64,000 nt of DNA from an uncultured delta proteobacterium (GTDB lineage Bacteria; Desulfobacterota; Desulfuromonadia; Desulfuromonadales; BM103), in the NCBI GenBank assembly GCA_963715335.1, contig CAVQRZ010000028.1:1-64000 (forward strand). Reading direction: 5' to 3'. Positions 50,649-59,200 of this stretch are shown here, in pieces; the stretch's first letter is position 1; every line of letters starts with the position of its first letter. The position numbers and the translations under genes are program-made. Under the pieces are notes generated by a model, which was given only the letters and a program-made list of their open reading frames with translations, searched no databases and was not told where the DNA came from.

Positions 50649-52587
50649 GTTTCCCCTCTTCAGGGGGGCTCAGAGGTAACAGGGCCGAAAAACAGCTGCC
50701 CTGGTCGGGGCCGGCGCTCTCAACCCAGATTAAACCGTCGTGGGTCTCGATAATCCCTTTGACCAGGGTCAGCCCGAGCCCGACCCCCTTGCCGCCGAAA
50801 CTCTCACGGGATGACGAATGGCCTGAGATGTCGCCGACGCCGTGGAACTTGTCGAAAATCCGCAGTTGATCGTCCTTGGCAAGCCCGATTCCGCTGTCAC
50901 TGATTGAAACCTCCAGGTATTTGTCGCTTAGGGGGGCGCTGAAGAAGCTCTCCGAGAACTGTTTGAGAATGTCAGCGCGGGAGACGACCTCCGCCCGGCT
51001 GGTTTCGCGCCCGCCGACATGGACCCAGCCCCCACTGGGGGTGAACTTCACGGCGTTTTCCAGCAGCCTGCCAAAGGCACGCTTCAGGTAATGGCTGTCG
51101 CCCCTGACTACCGAACACTCGGGGAATTCCAGGATCTCAAGTCGCAGGTTGCGGCTCAAACAGTCGGCCCGGTAATCGTCAACCAGCTCCCTGATCATCA
51201 ACAGCGGGTTGAAAGACTCCCGTGCCATGTAGAGGACCTTCGCCTCGAGCCTGGCCGCTTCGAGCAGATTGTCGACAATATGATTCAGCCGTTCGCTGCC
51301 GCGCGTGATGACATTCATGGCCCGCTGCTCGTTTTCTCCCAACCTCTCCCCGACCGTGTCCTGGAGGAATTCTGCACCGGACATGATGGTCGTCAGGGGG
51401 GTGCGCAGCTCATGCGAGGCCAACGAGAGAAATGTGCTTTTCATCTGATTGAGGCTTTGCAGGGCACGGTGGTTCTGTTCGAGTTGCTCCAGGTGGCTAC
51501 GTAGCGCCACACGGGATCTTTCGAGTTCGCGCATACTGGCAAAATTGAGCCGATGCTGCCACTTCAATTCATCGAAAAGCTCGGCATTTTTCAGAATCGG
51601 TCCGAGTTGTCGGCCGATCGCCTGAATCAGCCTGACATCCTCCCGGTTGAAAACCCGGTGGCCGCGATCAAAGACGAAGAGGACACCGAGCGTCTCCTCC
51701 TCGGCTATAAAGGGTACGGCCAGGAAGGCTCGCCAATTGTCGGCGAAGACGGCGCTGGAGATGCGCCGCTGGTCTTTTTGCAGGTTTGTCGACATCCGCG
51801 GACGGCCGGTTTCCACGACCTTGCCGGCCAGCCCCATGCCAGGTCGGAACCGTCCGAGTTCTTCGACCACATTGTCCGGGATGTTGTGGTGCAGGGCCAG
51901 CTTCATTTCCGTGCCACGATGCTCCAGAAGGAAGATTCCGCCGCCGGAAATGGAGAAGCTCCTGACAACCTCGTCAAGGATGATCTCCAGAGTCCGGGCC
52001 AGGTCGTGACCTTCGGCAACCCGATGGGAGATCTGGTTCAGAAGCGTCAGGTGGTGATTATGACGGCGCAGTTCAAGTTGCAGGTTGGTGATTTGAGTTG
52101 TGTCGCGAAAGGTCCCGTAGATGATGTTTGTCTCGTCGATGCGGCCGGATTTGAACTTGACTTCGCCGACAAAGTGAGAGCCGTCCTTACGGCGGATTTT
52201 GATGCCAGATATCTCTGCGCATCCTGATTTGCATGCCTTGCTGATGGCGCGCAGCAGGCGCTGCCGCTGATCACGTGAGAAGAGGGTTCTGAAGCTCAGA
52301 AGAATGGTTTCTGACGATGTGTACCCCAGCAGCTGTCTCGCCAGTCGGTTGACTTCGAGCAGGGCGCCACTCTTCTGGTTGAAAATGAAGGTCGCTTCTC
52401 CGGCGTCCTGGAAAAAGAGCCGGTCCCGGTTGCGGAAATATTCGAGGCGTACGTCCCGCTGTGCGGCCTCCTTTTCCAGCTTCGCCAGGCTGGCTTGCAT
52501 GGCGCGGGCTCTTTGTCGGCAGGATATGGCCCAAGCCGAAGCGACGAGGATCAAGACCCCGGCAATGACGAAGATTGCGAAAGACAT
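50635..52587 (-). CDS. Membrane-anchored PAS-GAF sensor histidine kinase
   Basis: N-terminal TM, PAS (RRKDGS), GAF, SHELRTPL, NAVKF, DSGIG, GVGLG. Confidence 0.9.
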   Translation of the reverse strand: MSFAIFVIAGVLILVASAWAISCRQRARAMQASLAKLEKEAAQRDVRLEYFRNRDRLFFQDAGEATFIFNQKSGALLEVNRLARQLLGYTSSETILLSFRTLFSRDQRQRLLRAISKACKSGCAEISGIKIRRKDGSHFVGEVKFKSGRIDETNIIYGTFRDTTQITNLQLELRRHNHHLTLLNQISHRVAEGHDLARTLEIILDEVVRSFSISGGGIFLLEHRGTEMKLALHHNIPDNVVEELGRFRPGMGLAGKVVETGRPRMSTNLQKDQRRISSAVFADNWRAFLAVPFIAEEETLGVLFVFDRGHRVFNREDVRLIQAIGRQLGPILKNAELFDELKWQHRLNFASMRELERSRVALRSHLEQLEQNHRALQSLNQMKSTFLSLASHELRTPLTTIMSGAEFLQDTVGERLGENEQRAMNVITRGSERLNHIVDNLLEAARLEAKVLYMARESFNPLLMIRELVDDYRADCLSRNLRLEILEFPECSVVRGDSHYLKRAFGRLLENAVKFTPSGGWVHVGGRETSRAEVVSRADILKQFSESFFSAPLSDKYLEVSISDSGIGLAKDDQLRIFDKFHGVGDISGHSSSRESFGGKGVGLGLTLVKGIIETHDGLIWVESAGPDQGSCFSALLPLSPPEEGKHVLG

Positions 52588-52589
52588 GG

Positions 52590-53843
52590 TCAGCTCTCCA
52601 GCACCATACCGGAAATCCGGTGCATGGCCTGGCGGCGAAGCCAGTCGAGGGCTGTGCAGGCGGTACGTATACGCACCTGCTCACGGTTGCCGTGGAAAAA
52701 AAACCTCTCGACGCGCTCTCCATCGGGGCCAGCCATGGCCAGAAAGACCGTGCCGACCGGTTTATCGTCGGTGCCGCCGTCCGGCCCGGCAATGCCGGTC
52801 ACGGCGAGGCCTATGTCGGTCAGCGATGCGCTTTTCACCCCCCTTGCCATGGCAATCGCGCAGGCTTCGCTGACCGCGCCGTGCTGTTCGAGAATCTCGG
52901 CGGACACGTGCAGACAATCGATTTTTGCCGAATTGGCATAGGTGACGACGCTGCGATCGAGAAAGCTTGATGCTCCGGGCTGGTCAGTGAGCAGCTTGGC
53001 AATCAGGCCGCCCGTGCATGATTCGGCGAGCGACAGGGTCAGCCCCGCCGAGATCAGATGCCTGGCCGTTGCTGCCGCAAGGGTCTCGCTGCCAAAGCCG
53101 ACGACATGCTCCCCGAGTGCCCTCCTGACGACGACCTCGGCGCGGTCAACCCGTTTCGAAGCATCCTTGCCCCTTGCCCGCAGCTTGATCCGGACCACCG
53201 GCAGATCGACATTGAATGCCAGTTCAATCCCTTCCGGCAGGGGATGGCTAATGATCCGCGACTCGATCTCGGGTTCGGGCAAGCCCAGAACTGTGATGGT
53301 CTGCTGGCACAACAAGGGCGGGTCGGGAAAGCGACGCAGCAGTGACGGGACAATGTGTTCATCGAGCATCGCCAGCATTTCCCCGGGCACGCCCGGCAGG
53401 AAATAAAGGTCCGTCTCGTGATGCTGCAGATGGAAGCCGGGAGCCGTGCCGTTGCGGTTGGCAATCACGGTGCTCCTGCCTGGCAGCATGGCCTGCTTCT
53501 CGTTGGCGGGAGGCATGTCGCGCTGCATGGTGCGAAAGCGAGCCCGGATTTGTTGCAGGGCCTTGTCGTTCAGGCTGAGAGATCTGTTGAAGGCTGCAGC
53601 GGCAGCCTTGGCGGTCCGGTCATCCTCGGTCGGGCCAAGCCCGCCGGTTACGACAACCGCGTCGTGCGTTGCGGCCAGGCGTTGCAGTGCAGAAGCGATG
53701 TCTGTTGCCCGGTCGCCTACGGTGACCGCCTCACGAACCGACAGCGAATGGTCGATTAACAGCCCTGCGATGGCGGCGGTGTTGGTATCAGCCAGGTCAC
53801 CGTTGAGCAGTTCATCTCCTATGGTAAGGATTGCAATCCTCAT
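52590..53843 (-). CDS. cinA: Competence/damage-inducible protein CinA
   Basis: GDELLNG..DTN, TGGLGPTEDD, LPGVP, AESCTGG, TGIAGPDGG. Confidence 0.95.
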   Translation of the reverse strand: MRIAILTIGDELLNGDLADTNTAAIAGLLIDHSLSVREAVTVGDRATDIASALQRLAATHDAVVVTGGLGPTEDDRTAKAAAAAFNRSLSLNDKALQQIRARFRTMQRDMPPANEKQAMLPGRSTVIANRNGTAPGFHLQHHETDLYFLPGVPGEMLAMLDEHIVPSLLRRFPDPPLLCQQTITVLGLPEPEIESRIISHPLPEGIELAFNVDLPVVRIKLRARGKDASKRVDRAEVVVRRALGEHVVGFGSETLAAATARHLISAGLTLSLAESCTGGLIAKLLTDQPGASSFLDRSVVTYANSAKIDCLHVSAEILEQHGAVSEACAIAMARGVKSASLTDIGLAVTGIAGPDGGTDDKPVGTVFLAMAGPDGERVERFFFHGNREQVRIRTACTALDWLRRQAMHRISGMVLES

Positions 53844-53891
53844 CGGGCTCCGGTTTCCGTTCAGATTGATATGGGCAGTGTTGTGCCGGTC

Positions 53892-54350
53892 TCAGTCCAG
53901 GTTGAATATCCACAAAGTCAGGCGCAAAGCAATGGCTGCGTAAATGCCTGCTGCAAAATCATCGAGTACGACGCCGACCCCATGCTTGAGATTCTTGTCA
54001 AGCCACCCTGCAGGCGGCGGTTTGAGAATGTCGAAAAGGCGGAACCAGAAGAAGCCGAGCAACGCCGCGCTCCAGCTCCAGGGCAGAAAGGCAACGGTGA
54101 CGAGGTAACCCATCAGCTCATCGATGACAATCCGGCCGTCGTCGGCGACGCCGTAGATCTGACCAGCGGCATCGGCGACCCAGAAGCTCAAAAAGAGCAG
54201 GGCGGTCATGGTGACCATGTATAGCCACCATGGCCACGCCCCGGTCAGGTAGAAGACTGGAATTCCGGCCAGGGTGCCGAAGGTCCCGGACGCAAACGGC
54301 GCATAGCCGAGGCCGCCGTTGCTGGCAAGGAAAAGGGTCAATTTGCGCAC
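53892..54350 (-). CDS. pgpA: Phosphatidylglycerophosphatase A
   Basis: ASGTFGT, IVIDE, FRLFDILKP, DDFAAG. Confidence 0.95.
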   Translation of the reverse strand: MRKLTLFLASNGGLGYAPFASGTFGTLAGIPVFYLTGAWPWWLYMVTMTALLFLSFWVADAAGQIYGVADDGRIVIDELMGYLVTVAFLPWSWSAALLGFFWFRLFDILKPPPAGWLDKNLKHGVGVVLDDFAAGIYAAIALRLTLWIFNLD

Positions 54351-55535
54351 TTAATCCTCCAGTCCGAATTGGCGGTTTGCCGCCGTCGTGACGATACGGT
54401 AAACGTCCGGCAGGGAGCGTCCGCTGGCTTTCGCCAGCTGCTGGCAGCTGGCATGTTCCGGGGTTATTCGCAGCAGCCGCTCTGCTGCGTAGATCAACTT
54501 CACTTCAGCATCGCCGAGGCTTGTCCGAACCGTTGCCGGTTGCCGTCTCAGCTTCATGCGCCGGGCCTCATGCAACCGTACGCCTGTGGCGCTGCTCTCC
54601 AGTAAAATTGTCCGTGCCAGGGCTGCCGCATCATGGGGCTCGGCAACCACGGTCAGGCGTGTCCCCGGGCGATTCTTTTTCATTTGCAGGGGCGCGAGGG
54701 CGGCATCCAGGGCCCCGTCTTTCAACAATCGTTCGATCAGGGAACCCAGCCATTCAGGCGAAGAGTCGTCTATATGGGTTTCGATGACTGCGACGAGATC
54801 ATGTTCAACTCCTGCAGCGGGTTCCCGGCGGCCAATGATACCGCGCAACAGGTTGGGCCGCTCATCCAGGTCCCAGCCGCCAACGCCATAGCCGATGCAG
54901 TCGATAGTCATTTCCGGTATGGACCCGAATTGTGCGGTCGTCGCAGCGATGGCTGCCCCCGTTGGCGTGACCAGTTCCCGAAGACTGTCAGCGTTGCGGA
55001 TCGGACGGCCTGAAAGAATTTGCAGTGTGGCCGGTGCCGGCAACGGAATGCTGCCGTGGCTGCCCCGGGTCATGCCGCTGGACATCGGCAGCGGAGCACA
55101 CAGGAGCTCCTGAATTCCGAGCAGGTGCAGGCCGATGGCGCTGCCAACAATATCAACGATTGCGTCGACGGCGCCGACCTCGTGAAAATGAACATCATCC
55201 AGGGCAACCCGGTGCACATGGGCCTCCGCCTCGCCGAGGCAGCGGAAGATGCGGCGCGCCGTGTCTTTCACCGGTGCGGCAAGTGCGCTTTCGGCAATCA
55301 TGGTGTCGATCCCTGACCAGGTTCGCGACTTTTGCTCGCCGTCACAGACGACCTCGATCCGCGTGCCAGCGATGCCGTGGCGCTTTTCCTGGCGCTGCTC
55401 AAGCCGGTAACCGGTCATCGGCAACTTCTCCAGCTCTCCCCGGAGCCCCTCAAGGTCAACACCCAGATCGACCAGCAGGCCGAGCATCATGTCGCCGGAT
55501 ATCCCGGAAAAAGTGTCGAGGTAGAGGGTTGTCAT
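54351..55535 (-). CDS. larC: Nickel-pincer cofactor biosynthesis protein LarC
   Basis: SGISGDM, VHFHEVGAVDAIVD, PAPAT, ELVTPTGAA, MKKNRPG. Confidence 0.92.
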   Translation of the reverse strand: MTTLYLDTFSGISGDMMLGLLVDLGVDLEGLRGELEKLPMTGYRLEQRQEKRHGIAGTRIEVVCDGEQKSRTWSGIDTMIAESALAAPVKDTARRIFRCLGEAEAHVHRVALDDVHFHEVGAVDAIVDIVGSAIGLHLLGIQELLCAPLPMSSGMTRGSHGSIPLPAPATLQILSGRPIRNADSLRELVTPTGAAIAATTAQFGSIPEMTIDCIGYGVGGWDLDERPNLLRGIIGRREPAAGVEHDLVAVIETHIDDSSPEWLGSLIERLLKDGALDAALAPLQMKKNRPGTRLTVVAEPHDAAALARTILLESSATGVRLHEARRMKLRRQPATVRTSLGDAEVKLIYAAERLLRITPEHASCQQLAKASGRSLPDVYRIVTTAANRQFGLED

Positions 55536-56290
55536 GTTTCGCGTTTCCGGTTGATGCGGGTCGCGGCAAATGCGGCGCCAAAGCCGTTGTCAATGTTGAC
55601 TACGCTGACCCCCCCCGCGCACGAATTGAGCATGCCGAGCAGTGCGGCGATGCCGTTGAAAGAGGCGCCGTAGCCGACTGAAGTGGGGACGGCGACCACG
55701 GGAACATCGACCAGCCCGCCGACCACGGAGGGGAGAGCCCCTTCCATGCCCGCAACGACGATAATCACGGTTGCTTTGCAGAGTTCGCTGGTGTGGGCCA
55801 GAAGCCTGTGGATGCCGGCGACGCCGACGTCGATCAGTTCCTCAACCTGGTTGTTGAACATCCGCGCGGTTATCACGGCTTCGCGAGCCACCGGCAAGTC
55901 CGAGGTGCCGGCGCAGATGACAAGGATTTTGCCCCGACCGAGGTCGACGAAGGGTTTTTGCTGCAAAACGAAGGTTCGGGCCTCCGGGTTGTATTCACCT
56001 TCCGGATGGGCATTTACCAGCAATTCGGCTTTTTCACTGGAAATGCGGGTCACCAGGACATTTTCGCCGTGGGCGGCCATGTGTCTCACGATTGTCGCAA
56101 TCTGCTCCGCCGACTTTGCTTCTCCGAGCACCACTTCGGGCACGCCCTGGCGCAGGGCGCGGTGATGATCGATCTTGGCGACATCGGTCTCCTCGTACGG
56201 CAGGGCACGGAGACGTTCAAGACCCTCCTCGACACTGAGGTCGCCGGTCTGCACGGCAGTCAGTAAGTGCTTTAAATCGTTGATATCCAT
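55532..56290 (-). CDS. larB: Nickel-pincer cofactor biosynthesis protein LarB
   Basis: AGTSDLPVA, DVGVAGIHR, AGMEGAL, PTSVGYG, VNIDNGFGA. Confidence 0.95.
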   Translation of the reverse strand: MDINDLKHLLTAVQTGDLSVEEGLERLRALPYEETDVAKIDHHRALRQGVPEVVLGEAKSAEQIATIVRHMAAHGENVLVTRISSEKAELLVNAHPEGEYNPEARTFVLQQKPFVDLGRGKILVICAGTSDLPVAREAVITARMFNNQVEELIDVGVAGIHRLLAHTSELCKATVIIVVAGMEGALPSVVGGLVDVPVVAVPTSVGYGASFNGIAALLGMLNSCAGGVSVVNIDNGFGAAFAATRINRKRET

Positions 56291-56321
56291 CGTCTGGTCT
56301 CCGTGCTGCGCTGAAGTTCAC

Positions 56322-56349
56322 ATGTTAGCATTCCCAGGCGGTTTTTCAA
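56322..56349 (-). promoter_or_regulatory. Putative sigma-70 promoter for larB
   Basis: Minus strand TTGAAA-N16-TAACAT with extended -10 TG. Confidence 0.45.
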
Positions 56350-56545
56350 ACTATTCGCGGCGAGTGACAGAATATTAACCACCGGCTATTTGGGCTGCTG
56401 GGCTGTTTGCCGTCATGGTGTGGTCAGCGGCCCCCGTACTGTCCTGGCCACGTCGCAGAAAAAGGGCGCGGTTGTGATCGAGAAAAACTATTTGCGGTGG
56501 CATGACAAAGAAGAATGGCCACCTGTTGCCAGGCGGCCGTTTTCC

Positions 56546-57607
56546 TTACTCCGATTTGAGAGAAGCCATATCGATTGAGAAACGGTACTTTACGTCAGAC
56601 TTCAGCAGCCGCTCGTAGGCCTCGTTGACTTTCTGGATCGGAATGACTTCTACGTCGGAGGTTATGTTGTGCTCGCCGCAGAAATCAAGCATCTCCTGGG
56701 TCTCTTCGATGCCGCCGATCAGCGAGCCGGAGAGGCTCTTGCGACCAAAGATCAGGGCGAAGGCAGAGACCTGCAACGGCTTCTCCGGAGCGCCTACCAG
56801 GGTCAGGTTGCCGTCGAGGGTAAGCATGCCGAGGTAGGCGTTGATATCGTGATCGGCAGCGACGGTGTCGAGAATGAAGTCGAAGCTTCCTGCATGCTTT
56901 TGCATCTCTTCGGAGTTGGTGGAGATGATGACCTCGTGGGCACCGAGGCGCAGTGCATCCTTTTTCTTCCCCGGCGAGGTGGTGAATACCACAACGTGGG
57001 CACCGAAAGAACAGGCGAACTTCACCCCCATGTGGCCCAGTCCACCGAGACCGACAACGCCAACCTTTTTCCCTTTAAGATCTCCCCAGCGACGGATCGG
57101 CGAGTAAGTGGTGATTCCGGCACAGAGCAGCGGTGCTACCCCGGCCAGGTTGAGGTTGCCGGGGATGCGCAAGACAAAACGTTCATCAACGACGATACTT
57201 TCCGAGTAACCCCCGAAAGTGACCGGGGCCGTGCCGTGCTTGTCCGGCGAGTTGTAGGTGAACGTTGCGTTTGCACAGAACTGCTCGAGGTCTGCCTGGC
57301 AACTGGGGCAATTGTGGTCCGAATCGACCAGGCAGCCGACCCCGACAATGTTGCCGGGCTTGAAGTCGCTGACAGCCGAGCCGACCGCAGTGACCCGGCC
57401 GACAATCTCGTGTCCGGGCACGCAGGGGTAGGTCGTGGCCATGACGCTGCTCCACTCATTGCGCACCGTGTGCAGGTCGGAATGGCAGATACCGCAGTAA
57501 AGGATTTCGATCTGCACGTCGTTGGAGGTGGCGTCCCGGCGCGGGATGGTCGTTGTGGTCAGCGGCGCCGTGGCGCTGGAGGCTGAATAGGCTTTGGCTT
57601 TGAACAT
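56546..57607 (-). CDS. Zn-dependent NAD(P)-alcohol dehydrogenase (YahK/AdhC-like)
   Basis: CGICHSD, GHEIVG, LLCAGIT, GLGGLG, VKYRF. Confidence 0.95.
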   Translation of the reverse strand: MFKAKAYSASSATAPLTTTTIPRRDATSNDVQIEILYCGICHSDLHTVRNEWSSVMATTYPCVPGHEIVGRVTAVGSAVSDFKPGNIVGVGCLVDSDHNCPSCQADLEQFCANATFTYNSPDKHGTAPVTFGGYSESIVVDERFVLRIPGNLNLAGVAPLLCAGITTYSPIRRWGDLKGKKVGVVGLGGLGHMGVKFACSFGAHVVVFTTSPGKKKDALRLGAHEVIISTNSEEMQKHAGSFDFILDTVAADHDINAYLGMLTLDGNLTLVGAPEKPLQVSAFALIFGRKSLSGSLIGGIEETQEMLDFCGEHNITSDVEVIPIQKVNEAYERLLKSDVKYRFSIDMASLKSE

Positions 57608-57730
57608 AGCTGTATCCTTTTGTTAGGGCTCTCAAGTAGATGTGACTGGAATACCATTATACCTCCTGCCAGAATTATTTTCATTACAGCCTGGCAGAGG
57701 GGCAAGGGCCTTGTCTGCTCTGTCCTGCAA

Positions 57731-57822
57731 GAAAAAGCCCCACAGCCAGGAGGGGACTGTGGGGCATCGGGTGCTATGGGTTTTTCTCTAGGAGGTAGAA
57801 CATGAAGAAGTATGTCCTGACC
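57731..57822 (-). ncRNA. Putative sRNA, copy B of the CCTCC-motif family
   Basis: Minus strand GGTCAG..CTTCTTCA..ACCTCCTA..GCCCCACAG-tccCCTCCtgg-CTGTGGGGC-TTTTT. Confidence 0.6.
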
Positions 57823-57825
57823 AAT

Positions 57826-57853
57826 AGATTACTACAATGGTCATGTATGTCAA
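57826..57853 (-). promoter_or_regulatory. Putative sigma-70 promoter for sRNA copy B
   Basis: Minus strand TTGACA-N16-TAATCT immediately 5' of the element. Confidence 0.6.
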
Positions 57854-57874
57854 CAGGAAAGTAATCGTGACCGT

Positions 57875-59167
57875 TTACTCTTTCATCCATTCACACATCC
57901 GCTTGATGGCCGTCATCACCTTGTCGCAGTTGCGGCGGAGGAAATCTTCACCCAGCGACTGGTCGACCGGAACCTGTTCGGCGGCAGCCAGGGTCCTGGA
58001 TCCGTCGAAATCAACGTAGGCAAGCCTGGCGGTCAGTTCGGTTTGCGGACGACCGAAACAGCTTCCCGGCAAGATCGCTACTCCGGTGTCCTCGAGCAGA
58101 CGGGTGCACAGCTCGGCACTGGTCTTGATGCCGCGCGCTGCCAACCGGTCACGCAGCGGACTGAAGTCGGGGAAGGCATAGAAGCCGCCATCCAGGGGAG
58201 CCATAGTCAGCCCGAGCGTGGTCAGTTCGGCATGCACGCGCGCAGCAATTGCGGCAAGCACCCGGCGCGACTGCCAGAGGTAGCGCTCGATGGTGACGCC
58301 ACCGTTGAATGCACGCACCGCGGCATACTGGATCGGTGCGCTGGTCGAGGTAAAAGTTTCGGACGAAACGGTCGCCATCCCCTTGACCAGCCATTCCAGC
58401 TCCTTCGGCGCGGCGAAAATGCCGAGTCGCCAGCCGCCGGCACCGCACCACTTGCTCAGACCGCTGCTGATGATCGTCCCTTCCGGGTAGTAACGGGCAA
58501 TGGAACGATGACCGCCGTCGAACTGGGTCTCGCCGTATATTTCATCGGAGAGCATGATGATCTTGTATTTGCGCGCGACCGTTGCGAGGGACTGCAGTTC
58601 GTCATCGCTGTAAGTGTAGCCGGTGGGGTTGTTCGGATAGTTGAGGATGACTATGCGGGGTTTGGAGGAATCCTCAGCACAGACTTTGTCCAGCTCCTCG
58701 GGGGTCAGCAGCCACTTGTTCGCAGCGCTGGTCGGGATCCAGCGTACGTGACGACCGATAATGTGGGCCTGGGGTGCGTAGGAGACCCAGCTCGGCGTCG
58801 GGATCACCAGGTCTCCGTAGTAGACCAGCTGGAGGATAAACATCAGCTCCTTGGAGCCTGGGCCGACCAGCACGTGCTGCGGCTGGAAGACGAGATCCTG
58901 GGTGCGTTCGAAGTAACTGGCCACCGCTTGCTGCAGGGCCGGCAGGCCGCGCACCGGCAGATAGTCCTTCTGGTGGGCATTGACTTTGAGTTCATCGACC
59001 ACCACCTGCGGCACCGGAAACGGCGACTGACCGAGGCCGAGCTTGTAGACCTGCTTCCCCTGGGCAAGCAGAGCGTTGGAGAGCTCATTGATCTCGAGCG
59101 TCGCCGAAAGCGGCAGCCCGCGAACATTGAGGTTGAGATGCATCTCGTGGGTACCATTGGGAGTCAT
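57875..59167 (-). CDS. Class I/II PLP-dependent aminotransferase (aspartate aminotransferase-like)
   Basis: GSKEL, PSWVSY, NYPNNPTG, SDEIY, LSKWCGAGGWRLG. Confidence 0.9.
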   Translation of the reverse strand: MTPNGTHEMHLNLNVRGLPLSATLEINELSNALLAQGKQVYKLGLGQSPFPVPQVVVDELKVNAHQKDYLPVRGLPALQQAVASYFERTQDLVFQPQHVLVGPGSKELMFILQLVYYGDLVIPTPSWVSYAPQAHIIGRHVRWIPTSAANKWLLTPEELDKVCAEDSSKPRIVILNYPNNPTGYTYSDDELQSLATVARKYKIIMLSDEIYGETQFDGGHRSIARYYPEGTIISSGLSKWCGAGGWRLGIFAAPKELEWLVKGMATVSSETFTSTSAPIQYAAVRAFNGGVTIERYLWQSRRVLAAIAARVHAELTTLGLTMAPLDGGFYAFPDFSPLRDRLAARGIKTSAELCTRLLEDTGVAILPGSCFGRPQTELTARLAYVDFDGSRTLAAAEQVPVDQSLGEDFLRRNCDKVMTAIKRMCEWMKE

Positions 59168-59200
59168 GTTGTTCGTTTCCTTCCTGCTCCGATAGGGAGG

